A stretch of DNA of 64,000 nt, taken from NCBI GenBank assembly GCA_040397175.1, contig JBBAWM010000003.1, forward strand, positions 32,001 to 96,000. Direction: 5' to 3'. Positions 46,969 to 56,845 of the stretch are shown piece by piece. The translations under genes and the position numbers were made by a program. The notes under the pieces were generated by a model that worked only from the letters and a program-made list of their open reading frames with translations, made no database searches and had not been told where the DNA came from. This DNA is from Candidatus Limnocylindrus sp. (GTDB lineage: Bacteria > Chloroflexota > Limnocylindria > Limnocylindrales > Limnocylindraceae). Numbering within the stretch: position 1 is the stretch's first letter; every line of letters starts with the position of its first letter.

Positions 46969-48705
46969 TTAGGCGGGAACGTAGGTACGGTAGGTCGGGC
47001 TCCACATCGCCCCATCCACAAGGTCGGCTGCGCGTGCCCCGTCGACGGCCGACGCCCAGCCTGCCAACGCGCCCGCCTCGATAACCGCGATGGCAATGGC
47101 GCGACTAATAGAGCGCAGGTCGGCAAGGGGTGGATAAAGCGCTCTACCAACAGGGGCGCTCTGCGCCGTCAGCGCTGCCAGCGTCGTCGCCGCCACGATG
47201 AACGCCTCGTCTGGAATGGCTTTCAGCCTCCCAGCAATCGCGGCCAAGCCGACACCCGGGAAGATATATACGTTGTTCGCCTGGCTGATCGTTCGAGCTG
47301 TGCCGTTCACCGTGACTGGATCAAATGGTGAGCCGGTTGCAACCACGGCGCGACCATCGCTCCAGGCGAAGATGTCGCTCGGCGTCGCCTCGGCACAGGA
47401 GGTTGGATTTGAGAGCGGCCAGATTAGCGGCGCCGCTGCCGCAGCCGCCAGTGCACGAATCGCCGATTCGGTAAACGCTCCAGCTTGACCGCTCGTGCCG
47501 ATCAGGATCGTTGGTTTTACCTGGCTGATCACGTCGGTGAGCGATCCTTCTAGTAAGTTCCCAACGCCAAGCGCTGCAACCGCAGCGTTGGAAATTGCGA
47601 GCTCACTCTTTCCGTCGCCCAGCTCGGCACGCCCTTCGTGAACGATCCCCTTGGAGTCGAGTGCGACGATCGCTGCATCGAGCGCGCTCCCCTCAACGCC
47701 GGCCGCGGCAAGCGCGTGTCGCAAGAGTCGCGCGATACCGAGCGTTGCGGCACCGGCGCCATAGAAGAGGATGCGTTGATCGTTCAGCGTGCCGCTCCCC
47801 GATCCACCTCCAGCCACGACTGCCGCAATGATGCCGGCGAGCGCGACGGCGCCCGTTCCCTGTACGTCGTCGTTGAATGATGGAACGGTATTGCGATAGC
47901 GCTCGAGGATTCGAATCGCGTTCTGCTGCTTAAAGTCTTCCCACTGGATGACGCAGCCAGGGAAGGCAGTCTGCACGCCACGAACGAATGCCTCGATGAA
48001 GGCGTCGTACTCCGCTCCGCGCAGTCGCGGCGTTCGGCGACCGAGGTAGTTTGGGTCGGCAAGGAGTTCGCCGTTATCGGTGCCAACGTCGAGCGAAACG
48101 GGGAGCGCCCAGGTTGGTTGGATTCCCGCAGCAGCGGTGTAGAGCGAGAGTTTGCCAATCGGAATCCCCATGCCGCCGACACCGAGGTCTCCAAGACCAA
48201 GGATGCGCTCATTATCGGTGACGACAATCAGGCGAATCTCCGCGCCGCCAGAGGCGTTGCGCAGCAGCTCAGGAATGCGCGCTGAATCTTCGGGGGTGAT
48301 CCACGCGCCACGCGCACGACGCCAAATTTGGCTCCACCGCTTGCACGCCTCTCCGACGGTCGGCGTGTAGACGATCGGCAGAAACTCTTCGACGTTCTCG
48401 ACGAGGAGGCGATAGAAGAGCGTCTCGTTGCGATCTTGGAGCGCGGCGAGTCCGATATAGCGCTCGAGCGGATCCTGCTTGCGGCGAATCTTGACCAGCT
48501 CCACGGCGACCTGCTCCTCGAGCGTGAGGATCGAGGCAGGGAGGAGCCCGTCGAGGCCGAGGAGGCGTCGCTCCTCACGGCTGAAGGCGGTGTCTTTATT
48601 CAGGGTGGGGCGGCTCAGCAGCGCCTTGCCACGCTCCTTCACCGCAAGGGTGGCGGCGGAGGTTAGGTTGCCGTTGACGACCTGGGGGGCGCTTGGCGTG
48701 CTCAT
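46969..48705 (-). CDS. maeA: NAD-dependent malic enzyme (MaeA/SfcA type)
   Basis: NKDTAF, NETLFY, IVYTPTVG, ERILGLGDLG, QWEDF, FNDDVQGT, GAGAA, LSNPT, QANN.YIFPG. Confidence 0.93.
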   Translation of the reverse strand: MSTPSAPQVVNGNLTSAATLAVKERGKALLSRPTLNKDTAFSREERRLLGLDGLLPASILTLEEQVAVELVKIRRKQDPLERYIGLAALQDRNETLFYRLLVENVEEFLPIVYTPTVGEACKRWSQIWRRARGAWITPEDSARIPELLRNASGGAEIRLIVVTDNERILGLGDLGVGGMGIPIGKLSLYTAAAGIQPTWALPVSLDVGTDNGELLADPNYLGRRTPRLRGAEYDAFIEAFVRGVQTAFPGCVIQWEDFKQQNAIRILERYRNTVPSFNDDVQGTGAVALAGIIAAVVAGGGSGSGTLNDQRILFYGAGAATLGIARLLRHALAAAGVEGSALDAAIVALDSKGIVHEGRAELGDGKSELAISNAAVAALGVGNLLEGSLTDVISQVKPTILIGTSGQAGAFTESAIRALAAAAAAPLIWPLSNPTSCAEATPSDIFAWSDGRAVVATGSPFDPVTVNGTARTISQANNVYIFPGVGLAAIAGRLKAIPDEAFIVAATTLAALTAQSAPVGRALYPPLADLRSISRAIAIAVIEAGALAGWASAVDGARAADLVDGAMWSPTYRTYVPA

Positions 48706-48747
48706 GTGAGGCGAAGGATAGCCCCGTCAGGGGTGTAGCATCGGAGC

Positions 48748-49476
48748 ATGGCAGCCACGATCCTTGTTGTTGAAGACGATCCAGCCGTCGCGCTCGCCCT
48801 TGAGGTGGCGCTGAAGGGCGAGGGCTACCTTCCACTCATGGCCGCGACCGGCGACAAGGGCCTCGAAGTAGGCATGAAGCAGGCTCCCGACCTTCTCATC
48901 CTCGACGTGCGCCTCCCTGGGATCGACGGCTTTGAACTGCTCCGCCGACTGCGCGCTGGCGGGTCGAAGGCCCCCGTCATCATCCTGACCGCCCGCGACG
49001 AGGAGGTCGACACGATCCTTGGCCTTGAGCTGGGCGCCGACGACTACATGACGAAGCCCTTCCGAGTTCGTGAGCTGCTCACCCGGGTGAAGTCGCAGCT
49101 GCGCCGCGCCTATGGCGACCTCGCCGATGCGATGGGCGGGCGCGTCATCCGCGCAGAGGACCTTGTCATTGACCTTGAGCGCCGAAAGGTCACACGTGGC
49201 GGCGCGCGCATCACCCTCACCCCAACAGAGTTTGAGATCCTGCGCATCCTCGCCGAAAAGCCGGGACGCGTCTTCGGTCGGCGTGACCTGCTTGAACGCG
49301 TACGTGATTACGACGCGGCGATCGCGGGTGACGAGAAGACCATCAACGTGCACGTCAGCCACCTGCGCGACAAGGTCGAGCCGAACCCAGCGAAACCTCG
49401 CTTTGTCATGACGGTGCGCGGCGTTGGGTATAGCTTCTCTGACCGCAGTGATCGTGGTGAACGGAGTGGCGCCTGA
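48748..49476 (+). CDS. OmpR-family response regulator
   Basis: VEDD, LDVRLPGIDG, GADDYMTKPF, winged helix HVSHLRDK...TVRGVGY. Confidence 0.95.
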   Translation: MAATILVVEDDPAVALALEVALKGEGYLPLMAATGDKGLEVGMKQAPDLLILDVRLPGIDGFELLRRLRAGGSKAPVIILTARDEEVDTILGLELGADDYMTKPFRVRELLTRVKSQLRRAYGDLADAMGGRVIRAEDLVIDLERRKVTRGGARITLTPTEFEILRILAEKPGRVFGRRDLLERVRDYDAAIAGDEKTINVHVSHLRDKVEPNPAKPRFVMTVRGVGYSFSDRSDRGERSGA

Positions 49477-51227
49477 GCCCGCTCACTGACTCCCTTTATG
49501 GCGTACCGCCTCGAGGGCTGCGCGCACGACTCACCATCGCCTTCCTCGGCATCGTTGCGATTGCCCTCGCACTGTCTGGGTACCTTGTTGTCGACCGCGT
49601 CTCACACGAGTTTGAGACACAGGAGCGCGCAGCCCAGGCGGCCCGAACATCAGCAGTAGCTAGCGCTGTTCGTAGCCTTGCCCAGAGCGTATCGGGGACC
49701 AGGAGAATCATCGATAGCAGTGGGCGACTCAACGCCAAGGTTCACGAGCGATTCCTCTTGCAAGATCCCGAGCTCCAGCAGCTTGCGCTCGGCATTGCTC
49801 GTGCCGATGTGCGCGTTCGCTTTGGGACATGGGATCCAGACAAGGAGCACTTCTCTCCTGCCGCCAACGCAGAGTTCCTGATTAGCTCAGATGGCGCGGT
49901 GCTTGAGCCCGGTGAGGCTCGTGACACGATCGCACTTGAGCCCGATGTGGCTCTCATTGGTGGTGCCCCATCATCTATTGGTATTGAAGTGACACTGATC
50001 TCACCGCTCACGACACGCGCGTGGCGCGTAGCTGGCATTACGGGAACGATTATCTTTGTCGGCATCCTTGCCATGATCGTGGCCATCATCATCTCTGCGA
50101 TCGCTGCGGCTCGATTTGCAAAGCCTGTACAGCTCCTCTCTGATACGGCCACGGCCATCAGCGATGGTGATCTCTCTGCGCGTGTCCCGACTGGCATTGA
50201 GGTGGCAGCAAACGATGAGATGGTCGCACTACTGGAACAATTCAATCTCATGGCCGACCGACTGCAGGGATCCATGCAAGCGCTACGCCGAGAACGTGAT
50301 CGCGGGCAAGAGCACCTCGCGGATGTCTCTCATGAGCTGCGCACACCGCTCGCCGCCCTGCGCGCATTCGTTGATCTGTTGCAAGATCCAACTACCGAAG
50401 AGGCCACGAGAAAGAGGCTTTTCGTCGAGGCGGGGCGTCAGCTGGAGCGAATGGACTCGCTGACGTCAAACATCTTGGAGCTCTCACGATTCGACGCAGG
50501 GATTGCACGACCGGTGTTCCTCGTCTCCGACGTGCGCTCTAGCGTGCGCGCAGCGGTAGAGCAGGCGGCTGCAGGTGCACGTCGAGCAGGCGTGGCGGTA
50601 GACGAGCGTATGCCGACGCGCAAGGTGCTGGTGCGACATGATGCCGTGCTCGTCGGACAAGCGGTTGCGAACCTGGTCGCCAATGCGTTGAAGTTCACTG
50701 CACGTGGTGGGAGCGTTCTCGTCTCAGTGCAGCTTCTCTCGACTGGAGCGGCGACAGTGACGGTCCGCGACACGGGGGTCGGCATCTCATCAGACGAGCT
50801 GCCGCGCATCTTCGATCGTTTCTACCGCGGTACCGAAGGGCTCGCTGCGGCGAATCGGGCCGCCCGGGCCACGGGCTCTGGCCTTGGGCTCGCGATCGTC
50901 AAGTCGATCGTGGACATGCACGCAGGTCGCATCGTGGTCGAAAGCCTCCCCGGCGAAGGGACCAGCTTCGCCCTGACCTTCCCCGCCGACCCCGAGGCAA
51001 TCGGTGACGAGGTTCTAGAGCCCGCCGCAACGCCAGCCGGCCCAGCCACGCTCGTCAGCTTCGGCCGACGCGCCGCCACCCTCCTCGGCGAGGTTGCGAA
51101 AACTTCACTCCGCCTTCGCCGCGTTCTACGCGCAGATCCCCCATCCTCTACGGTGAGTGAGTCGCCCGCCTCATTGAGCGTGGCACAAGTGAGCGCCGAA
51201 GTTCCAAAGGAGACCCCAGGTGATTGA
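49473..51227 (+). CDS. HAMP-domain sensor histidine kinase (probable CTG start)
   Basis: DVSHELRTP, NLVANALKF, DTGVG, GSGLGL. Frame is open from 49461 and encodes TM1 upstream of the first canonical start at 49758. Confidence 0.88.
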   Translation: MSPLTDSLYGVPPRGLRARLTIAFLGIVAIALALSGYLVVDRVSHEFETQERAAQAARTSAVASAVRSLAQSVSGTRRIIDSSGRLNAKVHERFLLQDPELQQLALGIARADVRVRFGTWDPDKEHFSPAANAEFLISSDGAVLEPGEARDTIALEPDVALIGGAPSSIGIEVTLISPLTTRAWRVAGITGTIIFVGILAMIVAIIISAIAAARFAKPVQLLSDTATAISDGDLSARVPTGIEVAANDEMVALLEQFNLMADRLQGSMQALRRERDRGQEHLADVSHELRTPLAALRAFVDLLQDPTTEEATRKRLFVEAGRQLERMDSLTSNILELSRFDAGIARPVFLVSDVRSSVRAAVEQAAAGARRAGVAVDERMPTRKVLVRHDAVLVGQAVANLVANALKFTARGGSVLVSVQLLSTGAATVTVRDTGVGISSDELPRIFDRFYRGTEGLAAANRAARATGSGLGLAIVKSIVDMHAGRIVVESLPGEGTSFALTFPADPEAIGDEVLEPAATPAGPATLVSFGRRAATLLGEVAKTSLRLRRVLRADPPSSTVSESPASLSVAQVSAEVPKETPGD

Positions 51228-52458
51228 GAAAGCAAAGCGCACAACGTCTGCCACGAAGAGGTCGACGAAGGCGCCGGTAAAACGACGCTCGCCCCTCCGA
51301 TTCGAACCCGAGCCGGCCCCGGCTCCAGCTGCATGGATCACACGAGAGAGCGGCCCGCTCCAGGCTGCGCGAAATTCACTGCGCGCGAGCACCAGATCGA
51401 TCAGCCGTGGGGCGATCGCTGGAATGCTCGCCCTCTCCCTCATCTTTGGCGCAGCAGGTGGAGCCGCCGCAACGATCTTCCTCCTTGGTGGCCTCTCTAG
51501 GGGTGACATCACGACGCAGATTCGGCAGACACTTGTCTCGGAGCAGTCAGCGATCGTTGCAGTTGCAGAGCGTGTCTCTCCGGCGATCGTGACGCTTGAG
51601 GTTACGACCGCCGCTGGCAAAGCGATCGGATCTGGTGTCATCTATTCCGCTGATGGTTGGATCGTAACCAATAAGCACGTGGTCGCCGATGAGACCGCAA
51701 TCGTCGTGCACCTTAAAGACGGCCGTGACTTCACTGGCACCGTCTACGGCATCGACACCCTCACAGATCTTGCCGTGGTGAAGATCGATGCTGCCGGTTT
51801 GCCTACCGCAACACTCGGGCGCTCAGGCGGTATCAAGGTGGGGCAAACCGCCATTGCAATCGGCTCGCCACTCGGCGTTTACACCAACTCCGTTACCGCC
51901 GGCATCATCTCAGCACTCGGTCGTGACATCACAACGGAGAGTGGATCGATCCACGGTCTGATTCAAACGGACGCCGCAATCAACCCAGGCAACTCCGGTG
52001 GAGCACTGGTTGACTCCAGTGGTGCCGTGATCGGCATCAACACCGCCATCTCAACGGAAGGCTCTGGTATTGGGTTTGCGATCCCCATCGATATCGCTCG
52101 GCCGATCCTTGAGCAGGCCCTTGCGGGCAAGGCCCTCTCACGGCCGTGGATCGGTGTGCGCTACACGGCACTCGACCTGCGGATTGCGACAGAGAACAAG
52201 CTCTTCGTGAGTGCCGGCGCGTGGATCGCCGCCGACGGCACAACGTCACCGATCATTGCGGGGAGCCCAGCGGAGGCGGCAGGACTGAAGGATGGCGACA
52301 TCATTACTGCGGTCAACGACACCTTGATCGATGAGGTGCACCCACTACAAGACCTGCTGGTGCAATACGCGCCAGGAACGTCGATCAAGTTGACGGTGAT
52401 TCGTGATGGCTCGACGATCACCATCACGCTGGAGTTGGGGATCCGCCCGAAAGAGTAG
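51220..52458 (+). CDS. htrA: HtrA/DegP-family serine protease with PDZ domain
   Basis: TM; TNKHV, DLAV, QTDAAINPGNSGG; PDZ GSPAEAAGL. Confidence 0.93.
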   Translation: MIEKAKRTTSATKRSTKAPVKRRSPLRFEPEPAPAPAAWITRESGPLQAARNSLRASTRSISRGAIAGMLALSLIFGAAGGAAATIFLLGGLSRGDITTQIRQTLVSEQSAIVAVAERVSPAIVTLEVTTAAGKAIGSGVIYSADGWIVTNKHVVADETAIVVHLKDGRDFTGTVYGIDTLTDLAVVKIDAAGLPTATLGRSGGIKVGQTAIAIGSPLGVYTNSVTAGIISALGRDITTESGSIHGLIQTDAAINPGNSGGALVDSSGAVIGINTAISTEGSGIGFAIPIDIARPILEQALAGKALSRPWIGVRYTALDLRIATENKLFVSAGAWIAADGTTSPIIAGSPAEAAGLKDGDIITAVNDTLIDEVHPLQDLLVQYAPGTSIKLTVIRDGSTITITLELGIRPKE

Positions 52459-52476
52459 TCCGACGGGTTGGTAGCC

Positions 52477-53823
52477 TTACGGCTTCCGTACGACTTCAAC
52501 GCCCGCCCAATCTATCGGCGCTGCCACGGCAGCTTGCGGTTTGCGGACTCGAACGCGTACCTCGTACACCGTCGCACCGCTCGTTGCTACGACCTCCATG
52601 GCGCCGTCGGCGATGCGCTCGGCGAGCGCCTCAATGAGGTCGGCGTGGCCACCAGCGCCCACTCGTTCAATAGCGACGCGAACGAGCTCGCTGTAATCGA
52701 CAGAGGCGGCGAGTGCGTCACCGCGACCGGCCGGGGCAAGGTCGGCATCAACCTCAACGTCGACGAAGAATGGCTGTGGCTTCTGATGCTCCTCTGGGTA
52801 GACACCATGCGCCGCATCAAAGCGCACGTTGCGCACGGTGATGCGGTCACGCTGGCTCGGACGCGGAGGTCGATCGGCACGATTTGGGTTGGGACCGATG
52901 GCATCGTCAGGCTGATCTCCTCGTGCGCGTAGGGCAGCGTCGATGACGCGCACGGCGTCACGGTTCTCCCGCACATCATGAACTCGCACGATATCGACCC
53001 CGACGATTGCACCGAGCGCACTCGTGGCCAGGGTGGCAGCGAGGCGGTCGGCTGGCGCGCCATCGATCACGCGCCCCAGGGTGGACTTGCGGCTGGTGCC
53101 GAGCAGCACCGGGTGGCCCAGGTCCCGCAGGGCGCCGAGGAGGCGCAGGCTCACAAGGTTCTGTGCGGGCCCCTTCCCGAAGCCGAATCCAGGATCGAGG
53201 ATCAGCCGCTCTGGCGGGATGCCGAGGGCGCGCCCACGCGCGGCAACCGTCGCCATCTCCTCTAAGAACTCTTCGGGAAAATTGGCTGCGTGCGCGCCGG
53301 TGGCGATCTCCCGACGGTTATGCATGACGACGATTGGCACGTTGCGCTCTGCGGCAAGTCGAAGCATCTCATCGCCTGAGCGCGTGCCCCAGATGTCATT
53401 CAGCATGTGCGCCCCAGCGTCGAGTGCGGCGGCGGCAACGTCGACCTTCTGGGTATCGGCGCTGAGCGCCAGTGTTGGCAGCACTCGGCGCAGTCGTTCA
53501 ATGGCAGGGACCAGGCGCGCGATCTCATCGGCCGCCGAGATCTCGGTGTGCCCCGGACGTGTTGACTCAGCACCAAGGTCGAGCAGATCGGCTCCGTCAC
53601 GCACGGCGGTGCGCGCGAGCAACTCCACGCGATCCAACAGTTCGACGGTCGCTTCCAATGAGGTCATCAACCCATCTCCTGAGAAGCTATCCGGAGTGAG
53701 GTTTGCCACCGCCATCACGTAGGTGCGGCTCCCCCATACGACGTGCAGGGGGCCGATCGTCGTAGCTGGAATCGGTGCATAGGAGTAGCTGAGCGCTTCG
53801 CGGTTCATGGAGGCCTCACTCAT
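52477..53823 (-). CDS. folP: Fused dihydropteroate synthase and dihydroneopterin aldolase (FolP-FolB)
   Basis: NLTPDSFSGDG, GAESTRPG, DPGFGFGK, SRKS, RVHDV; C-terminal HGVYPEE..Q.F.VD, VDY, LIEALAE, RKP. Confidence 0.9.
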   Translation of the reverse strand: MSEASMNREALSYSYAPIPATTIGPLHVVWGSRTYVMAVANLTPDSFSGDGLMTSLEATVELLDRVELLARTAVRDGADLLDLGAESTRPGHTEISAADEIARLVPAIERLRRVLPTLALSADTQKVDVAAAALDAGAHMLNDIWGTRSGDEMLRLAAERNVPIVVMHNRREIATGAHAANFPEEFLEEMATVAARGRALGIPPERLILDPGFGFGKGPAQNLVSLRLLGALRDLGHPVLLGTSRKSTLGRVIDGAPADRLAATLATSALGAIVGVDIVRVHDVRENRDAVRVIDAALRARGDQPDDAIGPNPNRADRPPRPSQRDRITVRNVRFDAAHGVYPEEHQKPQPFFVDVEVDADLAPAGRGDALAASVDYSELVRVAIERVGAGGHADLIEALAERIADGAMEVVATSGATVYEVRVRVRKPQAAVAAPIDWAGVEVVRKP

Positions 53824-55304
53824 GTCGCTGATCCTGCCACGTCATCACGGCTTCCGTCATCTGGAAGAACACCTCGCCTCATGAGTTCACCGCGGATCGC
53901 ACCAACCAGATACAACGAACCGGCAGCAATGACTGAACCCTGCTGCTGCGCAGCAAGCACGAGTGCCGCGTTTGGGTTTGCAGCGACTTGCACCTGTGCG
54001 CCCAAACCATTGGCGCGGGCCGCTGCCGCAAGCTGCTCAGGGGCAAGGGAGCGCACATCACCAACGCTCGTACAGATCACGTGCGCGGCACGGAGCATTG
54101 GTGCGGATGCCAACGCCTTGCTCAGCTCCGAGAACGACTTGTCGGCCATCACTGCAAGGATCAACACGGCGGGTATGTTTCGTGTGCCGTTGGCGCTCAG
54201 GAGGTGCGGTCCGAGATCTTCGAGTGCTGTGGCGAGTGCCGCGGCACCATCTTCATTGTGTGCACCGTCAAGGAGTAGATCGCGTGCATCGCCCCCGCCG
54301 AGCGCGTTCGAGATCAGCTCCATCCGACCCGGCCAACGCGCCGCAGCAAAACCGGTGCGCATCTCGTCGTCACTGACCGAGGCGATCCCTGCATCACGAA
54401 GTGCGTCGAGTGTCGCTGCTGCGACCGCCGCGTTCGCCCCTTGGTGTCGTCCGAGCAAACTAACGTGCACCGCCCCGCGACCCTCAAGCTCTACCTCTAT
54501 GCCATCACGGCCAAGCGAACGAATTTCGCCAGCACGAGCAATCGTGAATGGCGCGCCAACGCGTTGCGCACGATGGCGAATCACATCCAGGGCACCACCG
54601 CGCTCGCTCGCGCCAATCACTGCACGATCTCCGCGCACGATGATCGCCGCCTTCTCTTTGGCAATCGCCTCGATGGTGTCGCCCAGGTATTGCTGATGGT
54701 CCAAGCCCACATTCGTCACGACCGCAACACCGCCATCCCAGGCATGCGTCGCATCGAGCCGGCCGCCAAGCCCAACCTCAACGATCGCCGTAGTGACCTC
54801 AGCCTGGTGCAGCGCCGCAAAGATGGCGCCGACGAGGATCTCGAACTCGGTCGCTGGCCCGACACGAGCCTCAATCTGGTCGGCGGCATCGAGGGCGCGC
54901 GCAACCGCCTGCGCAAACGGCAGCGGGGCGAGTGGCTGTCCGTCGATCTGCACCCGCTCGCGGTAGCTAACGAGGTGCGGCTTCGGCGTGGTGGCGTGGC
55001 GAATCCCCGCCGCGCGGAGGGCCGCCGAGACGAGGGCGACGACACTCCCCTTGCCGTTGGTTCCGGCGACGAGTGCGCCACGGACACCCGCTTCAGGCGA
55101 TCCAAGTGCGCGCAGGAGGGCATTTGATCGCCCGAGTCCCATGCGAATGCCGAAGCGTCCTCGCGACTCGAGCGCTACGAGTGCGGCACGCCACGCGTCG
55201 GCACCTCGCCCCTCTCCTGCGGCAAGAACGACCTCGGCGCGAGCACGCGCAACGCGATCGCGCATCTCGAGGATCAACTGTGGGTCACTCGGCTGATCGG
55301 GCAT
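53820..55304 (-). CDS. folC: Folylpolyglutamate synthase/dihydrofolate synthase
   Basis: GTNGKGS, EVGLGGRLDAT, DH..YLG, EKAAI, WPGRME, DGAHN, GSLYLVG. Start reset to MPDQPS. Confidence 0.93.
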   Translation of the reverse strand: MPDQPSDPQLILEMRDRVARARAEVVLAAGEGRGADAWRAALVALESRGRFGIRMGLGRSNALLRALGSPEAGVRGALVAGTNGKGSVVALVSAALRAAGIRHATTPKPHLVSYRERVQIDGQPLAPLPFAQAVARALDAADQIEARVGPATEFEILVGAIFAALHQAEVTTAIVEVGLGGRLDATHAWDGGVAVVTNVGLDHQQYLGDTIEAIAKEKAAIIVRGDRAVIGASERGGALDVIRHRAQRVGAPFTIARAGEIRSLGRDGIEVELEGRGAVHVSLLGRHQGANAAVAAATLDALRDAGIASVSDDEMRTGFAAARWPGRMELISNALGGGDARDLLLDGAHNEDGAAALATALEDLGPHLLSANGTRNIPAVLILAVMADKSFSELSKALASAPMLRAAHVICTSVGDVRSLAPEQLAAAARANGLGAQVQVAANPNAALVLAAQQQGSVIAAGSLYLVGAIRGELMRRGVLPDDGSRDDVAGSAT

Positions 55305-55350
55305 CGTTGGAGCGTAGCGGTCTCGGCGCGCTGCGTGCGAGAATCGCCCC

Positions 55351-56517
55351 ATGGGACTCTTCCGTCGATCGAGTTCGAAGCCACCACGGCGCGGCCTTCC
55401 AGGCCGTTCCGAGGGGTACACACCCCCCTACCGCGTTGAGTCCACCTCGCATCGATCTACCTCCTCACGCAGCATTGGTGGAACGATCGCAACGACCCTC
55501 TCTGCGTTCATCACGCTCTTCGTCATTGTCGGGGCCATCGGCCTCGCAGTTGTTGCGCTTCCGCTCATCACCACGTTCGGCGGCAACGCGTCGCCAACGC
55601 CGCCACCCGCCTCACTTGAGCCGGGACGGCCAACCCTGACAGCGCCGAGCGATCCAATCACTTCCGCATCAACGATTACCGTCAGTGGCACGCTCCCACA
55701 AGACCTTCTCGACAAAGGTGATGCGACGATTCGCATCCTCATTACCCGTGACGATGGCTCGGTGATTACCGCGGCCGAAATCAAGATGCCGAAGACAGCA
55801 GGGTTTGACGTTGCCCAGATTCCGCTCTCCTCGGGCAAGAACGTCATTGAGGCGGCCGTGGTCATCAATGGTGTTGAGGGGACGCGCTCCGCTCCGATCA
55901 CCGTCGTGCGCGATACGAGTGCACCGGTGCTCACCATCACGGCACCCACCCCTGGCGAGATCATGAATGGCGACTCTGTCACCGTGACGGGAAAGACGGA
56001 CAAGGATATTGACGTTCAGGTCCGCAACGAAACAACTGGGACAATCGAGAGTGGTCGCACCACGACGAAGGGTGCCTTCGCCATCGACATCACACTGCGC
56101 AATGGCGCCAACGTGCTGACGATCACCGCAACAGATGGCGCAGGGAACCAGACTTCAAAGAGCGTCGAGATTTCAACCAGCGCATCGGTCGGTCGAATCT
56201 CCATAGTCTTGAATCCAGGGACGATCATTTTAAGCAAGAAGCCAATCGCATTCCGCATCACTTCAACGGCTACAGATTCAAGCGGCGCACCAGCGGCGAA
56301 TGTGCGGGTGTGTATGTATGTGACTCCATATAGAATGAAGCCGAGCGATCCAGTCTGCGTCACCTCTGACGTCAATGGGCGAGCGGCATGGGATTATGTG
56401 TTCCCCGACAGCTACGTCGATGAGGGGCGCGGGTTGGTGACGGTGAGCTATGAGCTTGCGGTTGGAGATCCGATCTTGGGGACGCAGAGTTTTCACTCCT
56501 ACCTGGTAAAGCCGTGA
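55351..56517 (+). CDS. Membrane-anchored protein with tandem Ig-like domains
   Basis: Single TM; DTSAPVLTITAP, VTGKT, L.NG.N.LTITATDGAGN. Confidence 0.7.
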   Translation: MGLFRRSSSKPPRRGLPGRSEGYTPPYRVESTSHRSTSSRSIGGTIATTLSAFITLFVIVGAIGLAVVALPLITTFGGNASPTPPPASLEPGRPTLTAPSDPITSASTITVSGTLPQDLLDKGDATIRILITRDDGSVITAAEIKMPKTAGFDVAQIPLSSGKNVIEAAVVINGVEGTRSAPITVVRDTSAPVLTITAPTPGEIMNGDSVTVTGKTDKDIDVQVRNETTGTIESGRTTTKGAFAIDITLRNGANVLTITATDGAGNQTSKSVEISTSASVGRISIVLNPGTIILSKKPIAFRITSTATDSSGAPAANVRVCMYVTPYRMKPSDPVCVTSDVNGRAAWDYVFPDSYVDEGRGLVTVSYELAVGDPILGTQSFHSYLVKP

Positions 56518-56840
56518 GTGCTGCGCCAGCCCTCACCTGGCGCTGTCCAACGTGTAACGCCATCCAAGAGGAGTCTGGGCAGTGCTGGGTCTGCAAGACA
56601 CCAACTGCGTCGTGCGGAAGTTGCCGACACATGCGTCGATCGGTCATTGGCAAGATCTCGTACTGCGGCATCGATAAGAAGCGTCGACTTGTCGCGGAGA
56701 TCGACGTGAAGGAGTGTTGGACCGCCCCTGTGCCCTTGCAGGCCGCAGCACAGCGAGAGCGTGGAGTAGATGGAACGCTCGCGGAACGTCCTCGGTTGAG
56801 TTGGGTGAGTGGCGGACTCTGGGAGGGCCTAGAGGCCTAG
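56514..56840 (+). CDS. Small Cys-rich (metal-binding) hypothetical protein
   Basis: CPTC, CWVC, CGSCRH, then C and CW; GTGA overlap with the upstream gene. Confidence 0.65.
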   Translation: MSAAPALTWRCPTCNAIQEESGQCWVCKTPTASCGSCRHMRRSVIGKISYCGIDKKRRLVAEIDVKECWTAPVPLQAAAQRERGVDGTLAERPRLSWVSGGLWEGLEA

Positions 56841-56845
56841 CCGCG

